64,000 nt of DNA, taken from assembly GCF_009914755.1 (NCBI RefSeq), contig NC_060928.1. One strand, given 5' to 3'. Made by a program: the position numbers and the translations under genes. The stretch's first letter is position 1. Every line of letters begins with the position of its first letter. The DNA comes from the human T2T-CHM13v2.0 reference genome, Homo sapiens. Below, in pieces: positions 25,470 to 38,000 of the stretch. The notes beneath the pieces were generated by a model that worked only from the letters and a program-made list of their open reading frames with translations, made no database searches and had not been told where the DNA came from.

Positions 25470-28009
25470 CTGGTGGTCTTTCTCTACCTGCCCTGGTTGC
25501 CAAAGACAAAGGACATAACTTCTTGGGAGCTCTATGCCCTGCACACCACCCAAGAAACCTGAATACTTAACCAGGTGGCCCTAGGACAAGTTTGCATCCT
25601 CCCTCTAGTACCACTGCTGATGTGCTCTTGAAAGCAACACCTCCTGGCTGGAGGCCAACCGAAACAAAACTACTGCACTAAACAAAAGTAAAACCAAGGA
25701 CTCCCACAGAGTCCATTTTACTCCCCTGCTACCTCTACCAGAGCAGGTGCTGGTATCCACGGCTGAAAGACCTGAAAATGAATCACATAACAAGACTCTT
25801 TGCAGACACTCCCCAGTACCAGCTTGGAGCCCAGTAGCTCTCCTGGGTGGCTAGACCCAGAAGAACAAAAACAATCACTGCAATTCAACTCTCAGGAAGC
25901 CCCAACCCTAGGGGTAGGGGGAGAACAGCACATCAAGGGAGCACCCCATGGGACAAAAGAATATGAACAGCAGCGCTTGAGTCCCACATTTTCCTTCTGA
26001 CGTAGTATACCCAAATGAGATGAAACCAAACAACCAATTCTGGTAATAGGACAAAACAAGATTCTTTAACACCCCTAAAAGATCACACCAACTCACCACC
26101 AATGGATTCAAACCAAGACAATATCTCTGAATTACCAGAAAAAGAATTCAGAAGCTCGATTATTAAGCTAATCAAGGTGGCACCAGAGAAAGTTGAAGTC
26201 CAACTTAAACAAAATCAAAAACATGATACTGGATATAAAAGGAAAAATCTTCAGTGAAATAGATAGCTTAAGTAAAAGACAATCACAACTTCTGGAAATC
26301 AAGGCACACTTAGAGAAATGAAAACCAGTCCAGAAAGTCCCAGCAATACAATCAAACAAGCTGAAGAAAGAATTTCAGAGCTCAAAGACAAGACTTTTGA
26401 ATTAATCCAGTCCATCAAAGACAGAAAAAAATTAAAATAAAAAAGAGAACAAAGCCTCCAAGAAGTTGGGGACTATGTTAAGCATCCAAAAATAAAAATA
26501 TTCAGTGTTCTCAAGGGAAAAGAGAAGTCTAAAAGTTGGGAAAACATATTTGAGGGAATAATTGAGGAAAATTTCCATAGCCTTGCTAGAGATCTAGACG
26601 TTCAAATATAAGAAGCACAAAGAACACCTGGGAAATTAATTGCAAAAAGATCATCATCTAGGCACATAGTCATCACGTTATTTAAAGTCAAGACAAGGGA
26701 AAAAATCTTGAGAGCTCTGAGGCAAAACCATTAGGTAACCTGTAAAGGAAAACCTATCAGAGTAACAGCAGATTTCTCAGCAGAAATGCAACAAGCTAGG
26801 AGGGATTTGGATCCTATTTTTAGCCTCCTTAAACAAAACAAGTATCAGCCAAGAATTTTGTATCCAAAGAAAGTAAACTTCATAAATGAAGAAAAGATAG
26901 TCTTTTTACAAACAAATGTTGAGAGAATTTGCCACTGCCAATCCAGCACTACAACTGCTAAAAGGAGCTCTAAATCTTGAAATAAATCCTGGAAATACAC
27001 CAAAATAGAACCTCCTTGAAGCATAAATCTCACAGGACCTATATAATAATAACACAATAAAAAAAGTATTCAGGCAACAGATGGAATGATGAATAGAACA
27101 GTGCCTCACATCTTCATAATAATGTTGAAAGTAAATGGCCTAAATGCACCACTTAAATGATGAAGCAGAATGGCAGAATGAATAAGAATTCACCAACCAA
27201 GTATCTGCTGTCTTCAGGAGACTCACCTAACACATAAGGACTCTCATAAACTTAAGGTAAAGGGATGGAAAAAAATATTCCATGAAAATGGACACCAAAA
27301 GCAAGTAGGAGTAGCTATTCTTATATCAGACAAAACAAACTTTAAAACAATAGCAGTTAAAAAAGACAAAAAGGGACATTATATGATGATAAATGGACTA
27401 GTCCAACAGGAAAATATCACAATCTCAAATATATATGCACCTAAACTGGAGCCCCCAAATTTATGAAACAATTACTACCAGACCTAAGAAATGAGACAGA
27501 TGGCAACACAGTAACAGTGGGGGACTTTGATCCTCCACTGACAGCACTAGATAGGTCACCAAGACAGAGTCAGCAAAGAACAATGGATTAAACTATACCT
27601 TATAACAAATAGACAATATATTTTCAGAACATTTTACACAACAACTGCAGAATATACATTCTATTCATCAGCATAGGGAACGGTCTCTGAGATAGACCAT
27701 ATGATAGGCCACAAAACAAGTCTCAGTAAATTTAAGAAAATAGAAATTATATTAAGTACTCTCTTAGACCACAGTGGAATAAAATTGGAAATTATCTCCA
27801 AAAGGAACCTTCAAAACCATGCAAATACATGGAAATTAAATAACCTGCTCTTGACTGATTGTTGAGTCAACAATGAAATCAAAAAGGAATTAAAAAAATT
27901 TTGAACAGAAGAATAACGGTGACACTACCTATCATAACCTCTGGGATACAGCAAAAGTGGTGCTAAGAGAAAAGTTCATAGCATTAAATGCCTACATCAA
28001 AAAGTCTGT

Positions 28010-28225
28010 CAACCTGACCAACATGGCGAAACACCATCTCTACTAAAAATACAAAAATTAGCTGGGCCTGGTGGCGGGTGCCTATAATCCCAGTTATTTC
28101 AGAGGCTGAGACATGAGAGTAGCTTGAACCCGGAAGGTGGAGGTTGAGTTGAGATTGTGCCATTGCACTCCAGCCTGGGAGACAGAATGAGACTTCGTCT
28201 AAAAAAAAAAAAAAAAAAAAAAAAA
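28010..28225 (+). mobile_element. 5'-truncated AluS inserted in L1 ORF2
   Basis: caacctgaccaacatggcgaaacaccatctctactaaaaatac...poly(A); flanked by aaaaagtctg and aaaatggtctg. Confidence 0.9.
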
Positions 28226-30938
28226 TGGTCTGAAGGACACACCTCATGAAAGTGGAGAAATAAGAACAATCCAATCTCAAACCCACCAGAAGGAAAGAAA
28301 TAATGAAGATCAGAGCAAAACTAAGTGAAATTGAAACAACAACAACAAAAACCAATATAAAAGATAAATGAAACAAAAATATTTGAAAAGATAAATAAAA
28401 CTGATAGAACATTAGCAGGATTAACCAAGGAAGGAAGAGAGAAGATCCAAATAAGCTCAATTAGAAATAAAAAGGGAGATATTACTACTGACACCAGAGA
28501 AATGCAGAAGATTATTCAAGGCTACTATGAACAGCTTTATGTGTGTAAATTAGAAAACCTAGAGGAGATGGATAAATTCCTGGAAATATACAACCCTCCT
28601 AGATTAAACCAGGAAGACATAGAAACTCTGAACAGACAAATAACAAGCAGCAAGATTAAAATGGTAATAAAAAATTGTCAGCAAAAGTCCAGGACCAGAC
28701 AGATTCAGAAATGAATTCTATCAGACTTCAAAGAATTAGTACCAATCCTATTTACACTATTCCATGGGATAGAGAAAGAGAGAACCCTCCCTAAATCATT
28801 CTACAAAGCCAGTATCATCCTAATACCAAAACCAGGGAAGAACATAACAACAACAACAACAACAACAACAAAAAACTACAGACCAATATCCCTAATAAAC
28901 ATAGATGCAAAAATTCTCAGTGAAATACTAGCTGACTGAATCCAATAGCATATCCAAAAGATAATTCACCATGATCAAATGGATTTCACACCAGTGATGC
29001 AGCAATGGTTTAACATATGCAAATCAGTAAAGGTGATACACAACATAAACAGAATTGAAAACAAAAATCATGTGATCATCTCGATGCAGAAAAAGCATTT
29101 GACAAAATCCAGTATCACTTAATGATTAAAACCCTCAGCAAAATTGGCATACAAGGGACATACCTTAAGGTAATAAAAGCCATCTATGACAAACCCACAG
29201 CCAACACTATACTGAATGAGGAAAAGTTGAAAGCATTTGCCCTGAGAACTGGAACAAGACAAGGATGCCCACTGTCACCACTTCTATTCCACGTAGTACT
29301 GGAAGTCAGAGCAATCAGACAAGAGATAGAAATCAAGGGCATCAAAATCAGTAAAGAGAAAGTCAAACTGTTGCTGTTTGCTGATGATATGATTGTATAC
29401 CTAGAAAACCCTGAAGACTCATCCAAAAAAGCTATTAGAACTTGTAAATGAATTCAGCAAAGTTTCAGGATACAAAATTAATGTACACAAATCAGTAGCT
29501 CTGCTATACATGAACAGTGACCAAGCTGATAAATCAAGAACTCAACCCATTTCACAATAGGTGCAAAAAAAAAAAGAAAGAAATATACCTAATCAATGAG
29601 GTGAAAGTTTTCCTTTACAAGGAAAACTACAAAACACTGCTGAAAGAAGTCATAGATGACACAAACAAATGGAAGCACATCCCATGCTCATAAATGGGTA
29701 GAATCAATATGGAAAAATGACGATATGGCCAAAAGCAATCTACAAATTCAATGCAATTGCCATCAAAACACAACCATCACTCTTCACAGAACTAGGAAAA
29801 ACAATCCTAAAATTCATATGGAACCAAAAAAGAGCCTGCATTGCCAAAGCAAGGCTAAGCAAAAAGAACAAAACTGAAGGCATCACATTACCCAACTTCA
29901 AGCTATAGTATAAGGCCATAGTCACCAAAACAGCATGGTACTGGTATAAAAATAGGCACATAGACCAATGGAACAGAAGAGAGAACCCAGAAATAAAGGC
30001 AAATACTTTCAGCCAATTGATCTGCGACAAGTCAAACAAAAACATAAAGTGGAGGAAGGACACCCTATTCAACAAATGGTACTGGGATCGCTGGCAAGTC
30101 ACATGTGGAAGAATAAAACTGGATCCTCATCTCTCACCTTATACTAAAATTAACTCAAGATGGATCAAAGACTTAAATATAAGACCTGAAACTATAAAAA
30201 TTCTAGAAGATAACATCAGAAAAACCCTTCTAGACATTGGCTTAGGCAAAGACTTCATGACCAAGAATCCAAAAGCAAATGCAACAAAAACAGTGATAAA
30301 TAGATGGGACTTAATTAAACTAAAGAGCTTCTGTAAAGCAAAAGAAATAATCAACAGAGTAAATAGCCCACAGAGTGGGAGAAAATCTTCACAATCTATA
30401 CATCTGACAAAGGACTAATATTCAGAATCTACAAAAAATTCAAATCAGCAAGAAAAATCAATCAATCCCATCAAAAAGTGGGTTAAGGACATGAATAGAC
30501 AGTTCTCAAGATATACAAATGGCCAACAAGCATATGGAAAAATGCCCAACGTCACTAATTACCAGGGAAATACAAATCAAAACCACAATGTGAAACCACC
30601 TCACCCCTGTGAGAATGTCCATAATCAAAAAATTAAAAAATAACAAATGTTGGCCTGGATGTGTTGAAAAGGGGAACACTTTTACACTGTTGGTGGGAAT
30701 GTAAACTAATACAACCACTATGAAAAACAGTGTGGTGATTCCTTAAATAACTAAAAGTAGAGCTATTATTTGATCCAGCAATCCCATTCCTGGGTATCTA
30801 CCCAGCGAAAAATAAGTCATTATATGAAAAAAGATACTTGCACATGCATGTTTATAGAGGCACAAATTGCAATTGCAAAAATATGTAACCAGCCCAAATG
30901 GCCATCAATCAAGAAGTAGATAAAGAAAATGTGATTGA

Positions 30939-31175
30939 TATATATATATATATCTCACATATATATATAATGGATATATATATATATCACATATATATAA
31001 TGGATATATATATAAAATGGATATATATAATGGATATATATATAATGGATATATATATAATGGATATATATAATGGATATATATATAATGGATATATATA
31101 ATGGATATATATATAATGGATATATATATAATGGATATATATAATGGATATATATATAACGGATATATATAATGG

Positions 31176-31230
<55 letters not shown>
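30939..31230. repeat. [(TA)nATGGA]n minisatellite followed by (CA)n within the L1 3' region
   Basis: Repeated atatatataatgg units of about 11-15 bp, then a CA run. Confidence 0.95.
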
Positions 31231-31232
<2 letters not shown>

Positions 31233-33695
31233 ATGGAATACTTTTCAGGAAAATTGATATTTGCAGGAAACTTGATGCAGCCATAAAAAGGAATGAATTA
31301 ATGGCATTTGCAGCAACCTGGATGGAACTAGAGACTATTATTCTAAGTGAAGTAACTCAGAAATGGAAAGCCAAACATTATATGTTCTCACTCATAAGTG
31401 GGAGCTAAGCTAAATGGATGCAAAGGCATAAGATAATACAATGGACTTTAGGGACTCTGGGGAAAGAGTGGGAGGGGGTGAGGGATAAAAGACTGCACAT
31501 TGGGTACAGTGAACACTGCTTGGATGATGGGTGCACAAAAATCTCAGAAATCATCACTAAAGATCTTATTCATGTGATCAAACACCACCTATTCCCCAAA
31601 ACCTATTGAAATAAAAAAAATAAACAGGCAGAGAGATACCAAAGAAGTAAATGGCCTCAAGGGCTTCCCAAGTTACTCATTTATTTGCTAGGTTTCAGAT
31701 AGATTAAAATTAATGATTTAAACATAACTATTTCTGGCCTCCATGTGTACAGTTAAGCAAAATGTGCTCATGCCTTCCAAAGGAGCCTACTTGGTGCAAT
31801 AGAATTTCTAAACACGAATTTAAACATTACTCCAAAATAAAGCATAAGGAATGAGAAAAGCATATGCTGGGGTATAAAAAACAATGTCATGGTTTGTGGA
31901 AAAAAGAAAGCTGTGATGACATGTCCTGTCTGTCACGGACATCCATATTTTATGTAAGCTTTGTGTTTCTTTTTGACTATATTAGTAAGTATTAACATTT
32001 AAAACAGAAAATATTGAAATCATAAATTTCTGTTTAAGGCATAACATTCCTCAATATCCTTTGAAATATTTACAAGAAAAGGGCAAATAAAAGATTGACA
32101 AAGAGTGTGAATATGCATGTCAGAGAGAGAAACTTTAAATGGTTAATATAAACATGAAATACAGAGTCTTAAACTACTTATCACCAGGAGAGTGAAGTTG
32201 AATACATGAGACCACTATTTTTATTGTTGTTCATTACATGTCCAATAACACCCAATGTTAGAGGTGTGTGGTAAAACCATCACTCATATTCTAATGGCAG
32301 GAGGGTGAATTCTCATACAGATAATGCGCTACTAAACTTGCACTTGCTTCAAACTAAGAAAGGGGTAAATAATCATGTTTGTCTTTAGAATTCTCATCTA
32401 CATTTCTCTTCTTTCAAGTATCCTATCTGGTAATAGCAGTATGCGAGTGGTAATGTGCCCCCCATCAACGTTTTACTTACATGATACTTTTCAGGAAAAT
32501 TGATGCTTGCTTTTTGGAGTCTACAGAAGTCTCATTTACTTCATTACTTAAAATCCAATGATTTTAGTACCTGTGTTCATGCAGAATCTCAGATCCCTAG
32601 GCAATTTCCTCTTCTTTCAAAACAAAGTAATCTGGTAACATTTATTAGAATAAAAAATGCATATGTTTAGCTAGAAGTGAAATGACAGGGAGATCATTTG
32701 CTTTTCCTTCATATACCTCTTTACTATTTAAGTCATTAAAATGCTCATAAACAAGCCGTTATTAAAATAAAACTGAATGAACTGAGTCATAAAAAGTGAT
32801 TAGTCTAATTCTACGAATCATAATTTAAATTAGCTACCTTCCTTGATTAAAATTGGTTATGATGCCAGATAGATAATGTTCCACTTTCTGTTATTATCAC
32901 AGCAGCATAAAGGCAAGAGTAAGCATTTGTAACTTTTTGCTTTGAGCTTTAAAATTATGGTCAGTATTAGATGTGGGTAATCTTTTGATATTAATGTATG
33001 ACAGTGATTCAGTTATGAAATGTTATTGCCAGAACTAGTAATTTGTAGTAAAGGTACAACATTTTATTTCACCACTTTCCGTTTTCTTGCAGAAAATAAA
33101 TCTTAGAGATAATAAAAAATTGACCAATTAATAAAGCCTTGATTCTTGATACACAGTGCTTCAGATAATTGCCCACTCAACTCTCCAAAACCTTTCTTTT
33201 TTTAATTTTCTTTGAATTATTTTTATTAAATCTGGAAGAAAGCCTCAGTGGGTATATTCATGGCTCATAGCCCTGATTGCTAATAGCAGCTTGTTAAATC
33301 TGCTCAGTAACTGGATGCACCTAAAAGCCCAAACTCATGAATCCAAGTTCCTGAACCAGAATTCCTATAAAGGGTCATGAAAAATGTAGATCAAATAAAA
33401 AATGTGTACAGACACAATAAGTGCTTCTTAGTTGTGTTATTTGACTGTAAGTATTTGTTGTTAAGGGAAAAATGAAAGAAGAAAACATATTAGTTAAATA
33501 TTTTCCAATTTGAAATATGAATTGACTTCTACTTCATTTTGCTTAGAGATATTCCTAATTTTAAGTAAAAATATTTTAAGATTTTTCAAAAATATGCAAT
33601 AACCATCTAAACCTTATTGAATAATTCAGAGTGATCCACATGGCACACTATTTAGTTAAGAAGTATATTTCCATTCTCACAATATTTGGTGAAGT

Positions 33696-33941
33696 CAGTG
33701 TGTGCAGAGATCATATGGTGAGAGAGGAAGCAAGAGAGAGGGAAAGCATCAAGCTGTTTTTCACAACCAGCTCTGAAAAGAACTAATAAAGCAATAAGTC
33801 CCTATTAAGATGAGGACAGCAACAAGTCATTTATGAAGGATCTACCTTTATGAGCCAAACACCTTCTATTAGGCCGTGCCTCTAACATTGGGGATCTAAT
33901 TTCAACATGAGGTTTGGGGAGACAAACATCAAATTATAGCA
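33696..33941 (-). mobile_element. Partial MST (MaLR) LTR
   Basis: tgcagagatcatatggtgagagaggaagcaagagaga...atttcaacatgaggtttggggagacaaacatc. Confidence 0.8.
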
Positions 33942-34658
33942 GGGAGCCTTTTTGCAATGATTACCATTGATGTAATTTACAATGTAGAATAATGTCTTCT
34001 TCAATAGAGATTCTTAGGTAAATTTTCGTATGGCTGTTGCTCAAACAGCTTTGATTCAAACCAGAAAAGGGTTATATAAATAATCATATTTATCTTTAGA
34101 ATTTCCATTCTACATTCTTTCCTCCAACTAAGCATCCAATCTGATACCATGAACCATGTCAGTGGAAAAGGATCTCCACTCAAGTTTCTAGTTACGTGGT
34201 ACTTTGAATCATAATTACATGGTTATTTTTTGAGGTGGAGGTGTCTTGGCAGTCCTGTTTACTTCACTATTTAAATTCCAGTCACTTTAGTGCTTCCAGA
34301 AGCTTATTCAGGATCTCAGACTCCCAGGAAGTCCCATCTACTCATTCCTAGTACTTCTGAGAATCTCTGGAGTCTCACAAAATTGTCAGCCAGGTCCCTG
34401 CCAAATATTATTTTGTCCTCTGGGCCTCCCATCTCTTCCGCAGAGCCACTGAGCCTGCATTGAGGTTCTTCAGAGCCATCTTTCGGCATTGTGAATCACA
34501 CACTATAGGAGTTCTCACGGTGTCAGCATGGTGCTGTTTTCTGCTCCAAAATGGAGAAAATGCTTAGTAACCTCATACATGAGGATCATTTATGACATAG
34601 AAACCAACAGTGACTTTCTGGGTATCCCAGTAAAGGTGCTGAAAACCAAATATGCTGA

Positions 34659-35365
<707 letters not shown>

Positions 35366-36245
35366 TTCCTTCTGCTGGACTCTTGTTCCCTAAAATCAAT
35401 CAACTCATATGTATAGAATCCTGAAGGCATCAGAGATCCTCACATTTAGATTCAGAATGTATTAGAGTGATTTTATGGCATGCATATATCATATTTCCTG
35501 TTGAGCAAATGTAGTGAATTTTTCTTTCAAGAAAATAGCATCAGAAAACCTGGCTAGAGAACCTATCTGGAAGGCAAGCATCAACTCCAAAAAGATGTGA
35601 TTTTCTAGCTTTGCTGTCAGACAGCATATTCTATGAATAGTTGTTAAATTATTTGATGCCAGTCTTTTTCAGCAAAAATCCACAAAAAAGTAAACTAATG
35701 GATACTAACGAATTTAAATTTGTTTACCCATAAACTCTCCTTTGTTTTGGCTCTTTTTCACCTATTTTGACATGTGTGGAATTAGAAATAAAAAACTATG
35801 TATTTAGTTATTTTCTGTTAAATACAGTGATACTTCAGACTGATGTATTCCAAAAAAATATACATTAATCCAGTTGTTCTGCCACCTGAATATATTTGAA
35901 CTCCACATTACATTATTAACGTGCAACCATGGTATTCTTCTGAGAATATCCAGTGTGTTTTCTTTTACCATTAGTAGTAGAATAATATAGTTGACAAAAT
36001 TCAGTAATCCTCAGTTATCTGAATTTTGGAAACACCACATATAATTCATTTCTGAATTAGTTTGCTCCAGAGATGGAGCTTGAAGAATTTTCATTCCTCA
36101 GAGGCTTGAATCTTAGTAAAAAATTGAATTTTTAATTACTTTTCCTGAGTTTATTGGACTATTATTTTCTTATCTTTTACCCTGTCACTAAAAAAAGAAA
36201 AAAAAAAAAAAAAAAAGCTTTGCATACATTTTTTGAAAGGGAAAA

Positions 36246-37308
36246 TGTATCGGGGATCCTGCCCCGATATTCACGTAGGTTCTTTTCTATTTTCCTTAAG
36301 CATCAGCCAGCTTGAGAAATAAAGGGACAGGGTACAAAAGAGAGAAATTTTAAAGCTGGGCGTCCGGGGGAGACATCACATGTCAGTAGGTTCCGTGATG
36401 CCCCACAAGCTGCAAAAACCAGCAAGTTTTTATTAGGGAGTTTCAAAAGGGGAGGGAGTGTGTGAATAGGCGTGGGTCACAGACATCAAGTACTTTACAA
36501 GGTAATAGACTATTACAAGGCAAGTGGAGGCAGGGCGAGATCACAGGACCACAGGACCAAGGCAAAATTAAAATTGCTAATGAAGTTTTGGGCACCATTG
36601 TCATTGATAACATCTTATCAGGAGACAGGGTTTTTGAGATCAACCGGTCTGACCAAAATTTATTAGGTGGGAGTTTCCTCTTCCTAATAAGCCTGGGAGC
36701 GCTATGGGAGACTGGGGTCTATTTCACCCCTGCAGTCTTGACCATAAGAGACGGCTACGCCCAGGGGGGCCATTCATAGGCCTACCCCCAGGCGCGCATT
36801 CTCTTTCTCAGGGATGTTCCTTGCTGAGAAAAAGAATTCAGCGATATTTCTCCCATTTGCTTTTGAAAGAAGAGAAATATGGCTCTGTTCCGTCTGGCTC
36901 ACCGGTGGTCAGAGTTTAAGGTTATCTCTCTTATTCCCTGAACAATTGCTGTTATCCTGTTCTTTTTTCAAGGTGCCCAGATTTCATATTGCTCAAACAC
37001 ACATGCTGTACAATTTGTGCAGTTAACGCAATTATCACATGGTCCTGAGGAGACATACATCCTCCTCAGCTGACAGGATTAAGAGATTAAAGAATGGCAT
37101 AGGAAATCACAAGGGTATTGGGGAAGTGATAAGTGTCCATGAAATCTTTACAATTTATGTTTAGAGATTGCAGTAAAGACAGGCATAAGAAATTATAAAA
37201 GTATTAATTTGGGGAACTAATAAATGTCCATGAAATCTTCACAATCCATGTTCTTCTGCCATGGCTTCAGCCAGTCCCTCCGTTTGGGGTCCCTGACTTC
37301 CCGCAACA
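36246..37308 (-). mobile_element. MER11 (HERV-K11/HML-8) solo LTR, length consistent with MER11C
   Basis: Minus strand starts tgttgcgggaagtcagggaccccaaacggagggact; about 1.06 kb; TG...CA ends. Confidence 0.9.
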
Positions 37309-37361
37309 AAAAGGACTAGTTGTCACAGGGATCTGGGATCAATAAAACAAGATTATGATTA

Positions 37362-37465
37362 CAGTAATCTTCCCTTATCCACAGTTTGGCTTTCTATATC
37401 TTCATTTATCCATGGTCAACCATGGTCCAAAAATATTAAGATATTTTGAGAGACAGAGAAAGGCA

Positions 37466-37514
<49 letters not shown>

Positions 37515-37728
37515 ACACGGAGAGAGAATATATTCACATAATTTTATTAAAGTGTATTGTTATAATTGCTCTATTTCATTATTAGTTATTGTTTCCCATC
37601 TTTTACTGTACCTAATTTTTAAATTAAACATTTCATAGGTATATATGTGGTTTGGTGCTATTTGCAATTTCAAGCATCCCCTGGGGGTATCGGAATATAT
37701 TCCTCACAGATAAGGGGGGACTACTCTG
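37362..37728. mobile_element. MER44/Tigger7-type MITE with internal (CA)n
   Basis: Terminal inverted repeats cagtaatcttcccttatcc and gataaggggggactact, TA flanks. Confidence 0.8.
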
Positions 37729-37911
37729 TAAAATACAGTTAGAAATCATAATACTACTAGAATTGTTACTTCTCTACTGACTTTAAGTGTATTGAACTGA
37801 CTAGTACTATAAACAGAACACTACTCATCAAGAGAACTTTTAACCTTTCCAATCAAAAAGGGCTTATTTTGGGTTTCATGTTGCATTTTCAAGGTTTAAT
37901 TTTTTTCTGTC

Positions 37912-38000
37912 AATTTTTACTTTATTTATTTTATTATACTTTAAGTTCTAGGGTACATGTGCACAATGTGCAGTTTTCTTATATAGGTATTCATGTGCCA
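37912..38000 (-). mobile_element. Very short L1PA 3' end
   Basis: ttattatactttaagttctagggtacatgtgcacaatgtgcag. Confidence 0.85.

Larger units (their letters stand above)
22589..31621 (+). mobile_element. Near full-length L1PB1-type LINE, inactivated, with nested insertions
   Basis: 5' UTR aagatggcagaaggagg..., ORF1 and ORF2 remnants ([28 protein letters not shown]), L1PB1-type 3' end caccacctattccccaaaacctattgaaat; aaacagg on both flanks (22582-22588, 31622-31628). Confidence 0.95.

Noticed and set aside
30898-31284. Repetitive ORFs or a CRISPR-like array
   Set aside because: Simple AT-rich minisatellite with no unique spacers, in primate DNA.
26050-31400. Functional L1 ORF1/ORF2
   Set aside because: Numerous stops, frameshifts and an Alu insertion; the element cannot retrotranspose.
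36190-36217. Orphan poly(A) as a retroposed tail
   Set aside because: No informative TSD or upstream element; likely slippage.
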